Part shown: positions 1 to 11,479 of the stretch, in pieces
How positions within the stretch are numbered: the first letter of the stretch is position 1
Layout: each line of letters starts with the position of its first letter
NCBI GenBank assembly: GCA_036172245.1
Contig: JAYWIR010000142.1
Coordinates: forward strand, 49,083-69,082
Source of the DNA: Raillietiella orientalis
Lineage: Eukaryota
DNA: 20,000 bases
Direction: 5' to 3'
Notes under the pieces: generated by a model
Told to the model about the DNA's origin: nothing
What the model saw: only the letters and a program-made list of their open reading frames with translations
Databases searched by the model: none
Program-made: the position numbers and the translations under genes

Positions 1-3000
1 TCTTGGTGAAAGAAAAAATGGTTCCTCCGGCAATCTGCTTGAAGTTCCCTGAACTTCCAGCAGCATTAACTCGAGCGCTTTCATTCCTGTTGTTCAGAAG
101 AGGGAAGCAGCGGAGAGGAGTCGGCGAGCTTCACGCTTCGCGAGTGTCCACCAGCGTAGGTTCCACCCACTTCACCATGTGCTTGTCGAACCTGAGGTCT
201 GTAGGTCAAGTGCAACAGAAAGGCGGAAGAAAGGGCTCTCGTCAGAGTTCAGACAAGCCTCTGATCTGTGGCATGAGCAAAAGATGCAGTCCTCGGAATG
301 CTGGTCATCACAAATTCCAGAGGATGGTTTGAAGGCTGGTCAGCAAGTGTCATTGCGTGCAAAAAGAGTACCGAGCTCCTGAAAACTTGAAGTTTTGAGG
401 GTACTGGAAACTCCGAAGCGATCCTTTTATTCATTCCAAGCAGCTGAAGACAACTGAGGCTCGCAATGTTGCGAGCAACAGACCTACAACCCATGATTGA
501 TTAATTAAACACTGCAGTTATCAAACTGTTGCACCATAGTTGCACGAATCCAGGCAAAGTCGCAATCTTTACGAAGCACCAGTTCACTCCAAGTGGAATC
601 AGGACGCGTTGTCCTGGATTGGAGATTAATCCTCCCGCTCGCGTTTCCAAAACAGAGTGGGAATCAAGGAATATTGCTGAAGCCCTTTTTCAATGCCTCG
701 CGCGCTTCTTTCACTCGTTGGGTCTCCCATTGCGAAGATGATTTGTTCCGAGCTCTCTCCTATTGTGGATTCCACACGTTATGATCAGCCACCATTTTCG
801 TCCGCTTCTGCTGCGCGTAAGATACGAGGAACATCCGTTTTCATGCTGGAAAAGGAAGCATCCTCGCCAAACTCGAACTGAGCAGTTCCGCCGATTTCCT
901 GGAAAATTCCTGGTTTTTGAATTCTGCGTGTCCGCTGCACCTCCGGAATGGATCATCTTCGGATTGCTGTTATCCAAACAGACGCGGAATCATTCAATGT
1001 GCGAACTGAAATTTTCGAGATAACGTACCGTGTGCTCGACGACCTGTACAGATAGTCATTTCCCCTTTGAATAAAGGATGTGCGTTCTCGTCCAGTCTTC
1101 TATCAAAATGATTGATTAAACAATTCTGAATGTCTCATTAACATGAGCTCAAAACTATGAAATGGTAAGTGTGGGACATTGGTTGTCTGCTGGCTCCAAG
1201 TTACCATTTCTAAGATGTGAAAGTAAAAGCAAAATGAGACCACTTATTGTTTTCATTAATAATTTCTTCTTTTCTAAGGAATGGCGCTCTCATTTTCTTA
1301 TAAATAGGGAAAGCCGCATCGAGAACTGCTTAAAGTTGAAGGATGATCTCCTAGGTCTCCGAAGAAATGAGACTACTGTGAAGTGCTTTTACGAAACAAA
1401 TTCGTGATAGCTGCAAGTAGAGACTGCAAGAGTGGAAAATCAAAGGGCTCCGCAGTAGAACCATAAGGTGGTATTTTATTGACATCACTGAAGGAATCAT
1501 TGGAGGGACAGCGACCAAGGCGATGGTACTTGGTTATTGGTTCCACGATGTTTCCAGGTTCGAAGTAACTCAAGTTTTCAGAGGTGCTGCGCCTCCGTAT
1601 GTGTGGTTTGGTCGCATTTAAAGAAAAGATAACACCTTGATCGGTTGAGGGGGAAGCGAGGAGGATCGAGAATTTACTTAGCAGGAACAGTCGTTTCAAC
1701 TTTCAAAGAGACGCAAAAGATATCTGGAAACGTCTTGGAAGAAATCAGCTATTGTGATTTGCAAATTATCAGCAACAGCAGATGATAAACACTTGAATCC
1801 AGACAGACAGAATGTAGCATTGGAGAAGATGCATTTGAAATCTGGGATGTGTTACATGATGAATGAATACGAAGATCCATTGTCCCAAAAGGCACTGGCA
1901 GGAAGTTTTCAAGTCAGTGATGACGCAAACTTAAATCTTGAGAAATCACGAAGACGAAGAGACTTCTTTCCCTCCCTATTTCTTGCCTGTTTCCTTCTGG
2001 GACGCTCCACCGTAAGCGCGCATCCTCTTGAAATGGGATGACGGTTTTTTCGATCGCTCTTCTCGTTTGGTACTCCTCAGTGAAAGTCGGCACGGTGTCC
2101 CTCAGTCCAAAGGTCAAAGTGCCAGAATCACAAGACCACTCACGGGGCGGATTCCCGTCGGTGCGACTCGCTACCCGGAAGGCCCCGAGGGATCGGCGTT
2201 CCCTGTCCCGGGACGTTGTCTACCCGGCGGCGGTGATGCTACCCCAGGACGAGGGACGGGGCGGGGAAGGGCTGTTTTGCGTTCCCCTGGACAAACTTCC
2301 CGGAAGGAAAACACTTGGCAGCGTCCTGGAGGACACCGGGAGGGAGTCGCTTCCACGGACGCGCCAAGGATGAGCTCACCCAGTCGGCATGCAGCAGGAG
2401 CCCTCGGGCACTTCTTGCCTCTAGTGCACCAGGCCGCACCCTAGGCCCTGAATCCGGGAAGAGGTAGCTGCGAACGATCGCCTGATGATGAGGTCTTGCA
2501 GACCGTCCATCCCAGAAAGGGCCCCACCGGAACAACCTCGAAGGGAGTGGTTGCCGACCACACATCCGGATCGAATCCCGCGCGCATTTGCCCGGACCTG
2601 GGTCAGATGGAAGTCAGGGGTCAAGGGTCAGGTGCTGCAGCTCGGCATGATCGCTTTTTTCCTTTGCGGCCCGGGGAGTCGAAGGGAGCAAGCCTTCACC
2701 TGCCCTCCTGTATCATTGACAACAAGACTCTCTCGTTCCCGATTCCTGGTAACCAGCTGCCCCCTCGTGTGACGCGAGAAACGTGGTCAGAGCGACCGCA
2801 CGCGTTTCTTTTTTTTTTGTGTTTTTTTCACCAACGTCATCAGGTCTGCCGTGAGGACTGCCATGCCCGCAGGCGGTTGGGTAGGATTTTCCGCTCCTTC
2901 CGGGATGCGCTTCCACAGGATGCTCCTGTGTCCTACGACGTTCCTCTGCCCCTTCTCCAGTGTGAAGAACAAGCGCTCCTTGTATGACCTCGACGCGGAG

Positions 3001-6000
3001 AATCTCGGTACGGAGCAGTTGTGCCCACGCATGTGTGGCGTGCCCTCGCATCGCGGCTGCTTTACTGAAGGTCTTCCCGCGTAACACCTCATTCGGAAAC
3101 GCACTTAGTGCTTCCTACCGTTCCTCTCAAATCGTTCCTCCCCTGAAATGGTGATTGTTTTGGCACTGATCTGCTTGTTTGTGGCCTACTTCGTCTCGAA
3201 TGCATCGAACTAAAGTTCTTCATGGAAGGGAGAGGAGGGGGGGGGAGTGTTTTGTATTTTGTCGCACCTGATCACGCCGGGTGCGCTATGTTCACGAGAA
3301 AGAAACATGCATGTCGGGAACAGAGGAACCTGCGGGGTCCTCCGTGGAGGAGAATGCGCTGATGCGCCACGTGAGCTTTTGGTTTGCGTGCCTGAAGCCC
3401 CGATCCCAAACGAACTTCGACATTTTAAGTTTCATGCTTTGTTTTCTGCCCTGCAGGTTGCCGCCGGTTCTCGGAAGAAAAGCGGCTTCGCGCCTTCTGC
3501 ACCAGAGACTTTATTTTGTCACTTTTGCTCTTTTGCTCCACGCGCATGCGTCACGTGAAGGAAGGGGATGGTTGTCTCTCTGCTCGCAATTCCAGGATTC
3601 TCAGTCCGTCATGATCGGGACGTGTTCGTTGTTTTCCAGTTCTTCGAGGCAGGATCGCTGACCAGTTCAACAACCCCTCTTCCGACCGGACGATCCTTGT
3701 CTCTGCCACCAAAGTCCACTGTCAGACTTCTGCCGTTTCTCCCGTGCAGAGGATCGCGCGTTTTCGTTTCCCTTTGCACCGCTGCTCTCCAGAAGGCAGC
3801 ATTCCCTCTAGAATTCAGCTGCCGCCGTCTATGCAACTGTGTCCTTTCGCTTGGGGTGCAAGGCGAAATCCGAACCCGAAGAGTTGGTGTTCGCTGGTAC
3901 TTTGAGACTCGGCTACCCGGAGGCGCAATGTATGTTTCCGCAACTGCAGTGCGTTCGCCTGAAAAGGAGTGCTGTGTCCAGTGGTCAGGCCCACTGCATG
4001 CTGGAACTCTGTCGCATCGATCCATCTTCCTTGCCCTCCCAGTCTCCCGCATACCCGCACATCTGTCCCCTGCATTCCAAAGGTCACATCTACTCTTTCA
4101 GTGTACCTGCGAAGAAACTCAGGTGTCATGCGCCCAGATTTATTATGCAGAGCTATTATAGGAAAAATAATTTTCTAGGAAATGCCTTTGTAGTTATTTT
4201 CAGAAAAAAGAAAGGAAAGCAGGAAAAGGACAGTTTTCCCCACCTCTCATTCCATTCACCTCCAAAAAAAAGCGTGAATTTGTGTGCTAAATCAAATGAT
4301 AGTTTCCGGAAAGTGAGAGCGCTGTGTCGCAGATGGCGTGCTTCTACTCATGATGTACAGTTCCAGTAAATATCCACATTTTGACCAGAGGATGCCCCTG
4401 GCATTGCCTCCACGCCACATGCTATACTCGATGTTTGCCTTGTCTTCTGGGCTGCCCATTCACGATCAGAGCGCTCAGCCCGAAGTAGCATACGAAACAA
4501 GTAAAATGAGGTTCAGAGGTCGCAGAACCTTCCCAAGTTCGAACGGACCACTGCCCACTGGTAGCGCGACCAGGTATGGAGGGGATGCAGGGAGAATGGA
4601 GAAAGGGAACGATCGAATGAATTAGCAGTGGGTGGGCTGGAGTGGCCTCGCAGCTGCTCCCGTGGAACCGTGTCCGTTCCTCTCTGCTGTAAACGCCTGG
4701 GGACCTTGCCTCTGCGGAGAGAGCTCCCACGTAGTGAAGAATTCACCGTCTCACGCGCCTCCTGAATGCGGAAGGTTGCATCGGGAACAGAAGCTCTCCG
4801 CACAGCCGCAGAACTCGCTCGAACAAGTAGACGACAGTCTTGCCTCCCGAACCATAGCCTGCTGGAACGGCGGACATGACGGCCTTCATCAGAGGCAGCT
4901 GTCCACGCTAGCCATCGCCCGTTCTCTCGGAGAGCAGATCCAGCCGGCCAGGTGAAGCACGACCGACCCCGTATGACCGCGTGCTCCCGTCCGCGCTCAG
5001 ATCGCTCGCAAGTTGATCGCTCCTTCCGAGCTCTGCTGCCAGCGTTAACGCCAAATAACGTCAGGACGATTCTTCTCTATGAACGCACATAGGTGGCCAC
5101 TGGTCAAATTCGGAAGTACACTTGGTCGTACGACGGCCCACGAGCGAGAGAGCCGCCACGATGCCGGTTCGGGGAGCGGCGGGACTCAGCTCCGCAGCAG
5201 GGCGGAGAGGCGCACCACGTTTTGTTGACAATTCCGAATTTATGAGTGAAGCTGAAACCCATTCATCATCCATTGCGGAAAAAACTATGGCCAGATGATG
5301 TAGGCAGGGAATGAAGAACTGATTATCGGTTGGATGGCGATTAAGCAGGTGAGTTCGGTGAGGGAAGGACTAAATGACATGGCAACTGCGATGATGGGGT
5401 CGAAATCAAAAAAAAGGTATCATGAAGAATCGTGTGATATGGAACGATGGCATCAAGGAGGCAACTAAGTGGAATGGATGTATTGGAATGGGTACCGTGA
5501 TTAGGAAATCATCCTTTATGATATGCTGGAGAGGGAATATTTTATCGGGAGTTGGAAGTCTGTCCTCTGGGATCCGTCATTTTCGATTAACAAGTTGAGT
5601 TTGAATAATGAAGGAGGATTAGATGATTACGACCGACGAGGTGCATTGGTCCCGGAATCCGGAAGGAATAAAGTTTCCAGCTGTGGGTTGATTCTATCTC
5701 TGGAAACCTGTTGGCCGTCACTTCCTGAACAGAGGAAAAGGTTTCAAATTATGTGGAAGCAAATTGTGTAACCACCACTTCACGCGTTGGAACATTCACG
5801 GTGTTCATTTCCTATTTCCATGTCAAAATGAGAGGAGGAATTCGTGACTCCATTCATGAATTCTTCAGAAGCTCATGCTGTGGCAGCTGTGGATATCGAA
5901 TGCGAATGTCGAAAGAGTGGTAAAGAGAAAAAAATAGTATAAACATCCATGTCGAAAGCGATAAAAGGAATGGTGACGAATGACAGTTGAAGGGAGAGTG

Positions 6001-8316
6001 GAGAGCGTGCGATGGTTTTAAGACGAAACGCACATTGAAAGGAGAACGAGAGGCTCTAACGAAATTATAACATGGTATGCTCTAATCAGTATGAGCATTC
6101 AAAAGGAGGATATAAGAAATTTTATTTCCTTTAAGAAGGAATGTGCCGACCAGCTGAGAAGAAGCTGCAAAGGGAGGACGATGGACAACAGAAATCCGAG
6201 CGAAACGGCGTAAGGGAAAGGAAGTGTTCCCGAACTCTGGAAGAAATCACTCTTCCAGGAATTCCCCGTCGTGCGCAGCGGTGATGATGGCGCAGCCTCG
6301 TGCTGCCGTGGTGTGGACGGAAGAACTCCTTTCGAGGCGCCTCCGTGCACTCCATTAGGGTACAAACTTCAGTCATCCAGGTTTTCCTGAAATGCTCAAC
6401 CCGTTGCAAGCCGCTCCAGGAGTGCATCTCCACCTAGTTTGTGAGCCGCTGTCACCTTTTCCGGAGTTCACTGGGGAAATTTAAATCATACTCTTAGTCC
6501 CATACAACTTTGTGGATCGATAAACTTTATACATATTTGGTCCTCGAAGTTCTTCAAAGCAATACTTTATTAATCACTGTGTTTCTGTATAAGCATGAAG
6601 TAACTATGATGTACGAAATCCCAAGCAGTTCGGATAAGTTCGTTTCGACCGACTTTCTGGGGAGACTCAATCCAAGAGCGAATGATAATCAGTTGAATGT
6701 TGCAAATGTGAACCATCAAGAAAAAAACAGAACAGCAGTGGAGGCAGTAGTATTACCAACCAACTGTTCATCAGATCACAGAAGTATTCATGTATCTCTG
6801 TCCATAGAGACAACTCATCTGAGTGTCACAATATTTAATTTTCATCGAGGATTCCTGACGTAATTCACATGGAGTTGTTTTGCCGAATTCAGCTTTTCTT
6901 TTGAATTAAGCTACTCCGCAGAAACGAGATGCAAGATAGTAATGTACAGTTTGCATGCATAGAATACATACAATCTCATACATTTATCCAGTTGTATAGA
7001 AGTGAAATGTTTTCTGGATATAATGTATTGCGCACATTTGTTCCAAGGTTTCTTGAGTTCCCGCGTTGGCAACTGCAAGAGCGGCAAATGCTTCACTTTG
7101 ACTCATGTTGTGCTGTCCTCATCCTCCATGAGGTGAAGTTTCATTTAACAAAACAGCTGGGACTGCATATCGGTATGATCAGCACCCATCTTTTGCTGGG
7201 ATTCACAGCACGGGGACACGTAATGCACTCCCTACAGCAACGGATGTGGAACTTGACAGCCAAGATGAACGCTGCTGAAGAATGGCAGCACCCCAGGAAG
7301 CAATCTGGCATCTCACAAGCTGTTTTGGATTATACGGATTTTTGTACATGCTAAGCAGGTACAAATCCATGTTATCTGAGTGAGGGTGGGCAAGGGCAAG
7401 ATAAGTTTTTTGGTATTGAATCAGAACAACTTTATGAAAAGATCAAACATGTCAAGAACATGGAGTGTGTGGGAGAGTAATGAAAAGGAAAGCTACTTAT
7501 GATGTTGCTGAAAAGGCCTTGCCTTGCCTTAAAACGTTTTTCCCATGTTGACCAGGAAAATTTCCAATCGAAATGTTTGATTCTCTTAACAACGCCATGG
7601 CTGTATTCTGCTATTATGCACATTTGTAACATATCAACAAACACCTTACCGGTATTGTACATCCGGAAATACATAGAACTTCATATTGAAAAATTACTTT
7701 ATCTGATGTTCATGAACACATCCTATTCACTGAGAGCCTTGAAAATGCAAATGAGGAAACACATGATCTATGCTTCATGGTAATAGAAGAAACCAATGGG
7801 TTCCTATCAAACCTATGCCATAAATGCATGTCATGAAAATTAGCCTGACGAAGAGATGGAGATGTTCGAGGAGATAGAGGATCAATTGAGCCTCCATCTC
7901 CTCGAACTCATTTCGATAGATACAGATTTGCTGCTTTCATCGATTACAAGGTACTCTGTACACAATGGGAGCTTTGTATTTTCATTATACATAGGAATAT
8001 GTGACGAGCCTACTTGAAAATTCATCCAGCGACCTGATAGCATTGCAACCAACCAATTTTATTTGCTTCCCCACATCTGGAATCCGAATGAACCTCGGTG
8101 GGCCACATACACATACACAGTTCCTTTGCCCGTTCGGCTGTTTCTCTGAAAGGTACTCGTGTTCGGTCGAGCAAGTCCTTTCGGTGTCAGGGCTAAGCGA
8201 CTTCTGAAACTCGTAAATAAAAGGCCAAGATTCGCTGTAAATTTTAGAACCGTGAACTTCCTTGATTTTTTTCTTTTTGTTCTGTTTTCCTCGAAACACT
8301 TATCCCGCCTTTGAAT

Positions 8317-8353
8317 CATCGACCCCTTGCACTTAAAGTGCAAGGGGTCGATG
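8317..8353. repeat. Perfect 37-bp palindrome (18-bp arms, 1-nt centre)
   Basis: CATCGACCCCTTGCACTT-A-AAGTGCAAGGGGTCGATG; the arms are exact reverse complements. Confidence 0.97.
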
Positions 8354-10405
8354 TGGGCTTCTTGCTTTCGCATCGCACGATCGCTGTGCATACTTTGTGA
8401 AAATGTAGCCAAGCTGCAACATGTTCGTTCTTCGTGCCTTTTCTGATCACGCCAACAAGGCTTTCTTTCGCACCTGGAACACATGCATGCACTTAGAGCA
8501 TTGCAAATTGGCCAGAACAGGCTTCAGATAACATAAGGATTTAATCAAGCTCACTCCACGGCGCGTGTGTTCCTCTAGAGAATTCCTCCACTCCTCAAAA
8601 CGCTTCCGTTTCTCCATTCTCTTGGAGACGCTCTCTCCCGCAGGATGGCTTCCAGGCTGAACAGAGTTCGCACTGTAGATGGAAGAGGGCCCCACGTGCT
8701 CCTCACGGGAGGAGCATCTTGACCGTAGCGCCCGAACACGCAAATCGCACGAGGAAGATGCTCTTCCCGTGGCGACCGCCAATCCGTGACCTCAGGGTCG
8801 ACAGCCAACGTGCGATAGCCGAAATGGGCATCGGTTGACCTGCCTCAACGTGCGCACGAGAAGGTAGTAGCCTGCAGTCTGTGCGCAGGAGAAGACTCAC
8901 TTTGCGCGCGCACGCACGGTTCGGGAGGCCCGCGAACTCTTGTTTGTCATCGACGGACGATTGCCCGTCGCCTGCGCTTTCCCTGCCCGCTGTTCGAAGA
9001 GAACTCACTCGCATCTTCCCTTCCCGCACAGGTCGTTGCGGACCGCACCCCACAGGGACGAAGAGAATGCGGAAAGCGCCCTTGCGCACCTTGGCGGCCA
9101 GCGAACTTGCAGGCGCCCACCGTCCTTGCCAAGTGGGAAGGGACATGTAAAGCACCGTCGCGAACAGAAGTGGTTCCGTCCGCATGGACACGCGCAGGCG
9201 GGAAACCATGGTTAACGAGAGATTGGCAAAGTAACAATCGAAAAATTCCCCATGCGAGGGTGGAGCAAACTAATAATTCGGCATCCATGGAAACGGACTA
9301 TCCGGTAATTCTTTGCTCGCATTTCCACCAAGATTTTTGAAAGGGACGGACCCTCTTTTCGATGCGCGGGAGGCCCACCCCATCTTGTCTGGGGTCGGTG
9401 TTTGGAGGAAAGACATCGGCGATTGCAGGCATCTCGCGACAGGCCACCACCGCCAGCACGAGGGCGGCTGGAGACGCGAAATAGAAATCCGCCGCGAAGC
9501 TGCTGCTGCTGAGCATGGACCAGGGAGAGGAGGGAGCTGCGCCAACGTCAGAGGGAACGCACGGGAGTCCAGCGTCATGCTCGCTACGCGCACAAAAGCA
9601 GTGAGCGACTGCAAGGTCAGTCTCGCGAAATTGCGCTCGATGCAATCCGGACGGTCTGTGGCATGAATCCTTACGGCAAGTGTTGACTCTTCGGCAGCCT
9701 TCCTCCTCTTCCGATACGTAATTCAGCAGCTACACTTCCCTTCTTTCTTCTTTCCCTCTCCTCACGCTTAATGAGAAATCGCCGCCTTGCATCAGCGTTC
9801 TCTCTCGAGGAAACACGGAAAGTTCGAGGAGCGGCACCGACCTCCTTTCTGTTTCAGGTCATTCCTTCGTCTCCGGGTCGTTTGCGTGTAAACGCGCCGT
9901 TGGTTTTGGAGAAGGGAAAGATCAGATGAAATGTTGTGGATGTTGGATTGGCAGCGGTTGAGCTGCATACAGCTCCTGTCCCAAGGGGGTAGTAGGGAAG
10001 GAGCAACAGGGGCAACCGTTACGTCAGCTGCTCAGCGGCAACTCCCGCAGATTTTGCGACAAAAATTGACCATCGGCAACGCAAAAGTATCAGCAGTGTG
10101 TCGCAACATTTCCAAGTCGTCTGCCCAGGTGCATGAGCATCTTGCAGTGGACAGGTTTCAGCCACCTACCTCCATGAAAGGTTAAACTCTGGAAGCATCC
10201 CGTCTCACGGGATCCCGCCCCAGGGTACGACCTGCGTCTCTCTTTCACTCACGTTGGTCCAAGAGGGTATCCACGAGGGTGGATACCATCGCTGCCTGGT
10301 AGCGAGACCGCAGGCGCAGGCGCAGTCGTCGTCGCGCCGTCGATCGAGAGTACTGGAGACCCGGGGACGGGTGGATGCCGACCGCACTTCACCCATCTCC
10401 CCCGC

Positions 10406-10413
10406 AAAAGTGT
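10406..10413 (+). repeat. Left target-site duplication AAAAGTGT
   Basis: Immediately precedes the tRNA-like head; an identical copy lies at the end of the poly(A). Confidence 0.7.
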
Positions 10414-10424
10414 GGCCTGCATCG

Positions 10425-10479
10425 GGGCTTTGTGGTTAAGGCTTCCACGTGTGGCACTATGCGTCGCGGGTTCGAATAT
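10425..10479 (+). promoter_or_regulatory. Degenerate RNA polymerase III type-2 internal promoter (A and B boxes)
   Basis: GGGCTTTGTGG (10425-10435) versus consensus TRGCNNARYGG; GGTTCGAAT (10469-10477) versus GGTTCGANTCC; 33 nt apart, a tRNA-like spacing. Confidence 0.7.
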
Positions 10480-10636
10480 TTCGGCAGAAACTGACGATAC
10501 TACGTCGTTGGGTTCCGAGTTTCTCCTGCAATGGCGCTGGTTAGCCGAAACATTCGGGCGTGGCACCAGTTGGTCGTTTAAGCCGGAGGCCACCGGAGTA
10601 TTCGGAAACTGACCTTCAAATCTTCCCAGGAGTAAA

Positions 10637-11152
10637 GGAGTGGGGAGTTCCCCCTTCGGTCGTAGAGCGGAGAGCCGACCTCCCTCTGAGGGGGACTTTT
10701 CCGGTTGGTTTCAACATAAAGCAGGAGCCCTCACGGGCACCTCTCCAGCTGTTCAATGTAGCGGACCCCTCTGTTGCGGGGGGACCCTCCTAGTCTTCGC
10801 ACTCTTCACAAAGTGCAAGGAAGCAAGCGAGAGCGATTCCCTTGTGGGAAGCTGCAGCTCTCCTTCAGAGTTTTGGAAGCGTCCCTTAGGGGTTCTCTTC
10901 AGAGTGAACAGGAGCGGTTCTGTTGTGGTTTCCTTCCGGAGAAGATGATATGGAGAGGACCACCCCCTTCCGGGGTGGTGCCACCGGAGAGAATGAGAAA
11001 GGAGATTCCCTTAGGGGTTCCCCTTCGGAGACAACCAGAGTGGAAGATGCGATCTCCCCCTTCCGGTGGGACTCCTCCCCACGTGTTAGAGGAACGAAAA
11101 CCGAGCCCTTCGTGAATTTATAGGGCGGACCTCCATCCCGGGGTGCCCCTAT
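10637..11152 (+). repeat. Array of about 12 degenerate GGAG...CCC-loop-GGG...CYTYC stem-loop units (~40-50 bp period)
   Basis: ACCACCCC-CTTCC-GGGGTGGT at 10959-10979; TCCCTTAGGGGTTC identical at 10882-10895 and 11007-11020; CCCCCTTCCGG at 10963-10973 and 11056-11066; also GCCC-TCAC-GGGC and TTCCC-TTGT-GGGAA. Confidence 0.7.
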
Positions 11153-11304
11153 CCTGAAGAATTGCACTGAAGAATTACCCCCCCCTGCGGTATTTTCGCG
11201 AGGTTGGGAGGGGCGTGGAAACAAAACAGTGTGTATAAGGAGCCACGTGCGCCGCGAGGCACGCAACCGGCTCTTGAGGTACTTAGCGAACCAAAAAAAA
11301 AAAA

Positions 11305-11312
11305 AAAAGTGT
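11305..11312 (+). repeat. Right target-site duplication AAAAGTGT
   Basis: Continuous with the poly(A) tail; identical to 10406-10413. Confidence 0.7.
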
Positions 11313-11479
11313 CGACTTTGAGAAAGGCGCTCGCGAGTCATCTGAGAAGTTCCTGCGGGATAAGGCGAACACACGCAGGATTTTAACGTTCGCTTTCCTG
11401 GGAGACGGACGTGAATTCGTGTCGCTCCGTTGATCCGCTGTTTGGTTGTGTTTGTGCGTTTCACTGCCTATTCCTGAGG

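Larger units (their letters stand above)
10414..11304 (+). mobile_element. Long tRNA-derived SINE-like retroposon (~890 bp)
   Basis: Starts GGCCTGC with a tRNA-like head (A-box-like GGGCTTTGTGGTTAAGG; GTCGCGGGTTCGAAT T-arm/B-box). Ends in an A16 tract (11293-11308). Flanked by the direct repeat AAAAGTGT at 10406-10413 and 11305-11312. A bulged 3' stem-loop lies at 11240-11273. Confidence 0.75.

Noticed and set aside
2805..3084. T-rich tract plus CAG (2841-2843) resembling a splice acceptor before a GC-rich open frame
   Set aside because: No identifiable protein and no convincing partner exon.
4770..4950. Minus-strand GQLPLMKAVMSAVP, faintly like the L1 RT motif GRLTLIKSVLSAIP
   Set aside because: A single short resemblance with no flanking RT motifs.
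6980..7060. NVFWI*CIAH, resembling the hAT transposase CxxH motif, in an AT-rich block
   Set aside because: No other hAT motifs or terminal inverted repeats seen; a profile search would be needed.
10266..10287. 9-bp hairpin GGTATCCAC-GAGG-GTGGATACC (and an 8-bp one at 6237-6258)
   Set aside because: Short isolated stems with no supporting context.
1..10400. Many 60-200 aa ORFs on both strands
   Set aside because: No recognisable domains; the ORFs overlap in all frames as expected by chance. Host exons cannot be excluded without RNA or homology data.
10414..10490. Functional tRNA gene
   Set aside because: The T-stem and acceptor stem do not pair and the B box lacks the terminal CC; better explained as a SINE head.
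10637..11152. CRISPR array
   Set aside because: Repeats are neither identical nor regularly spaced, there are no cas genes, and the context is eukaryotic.
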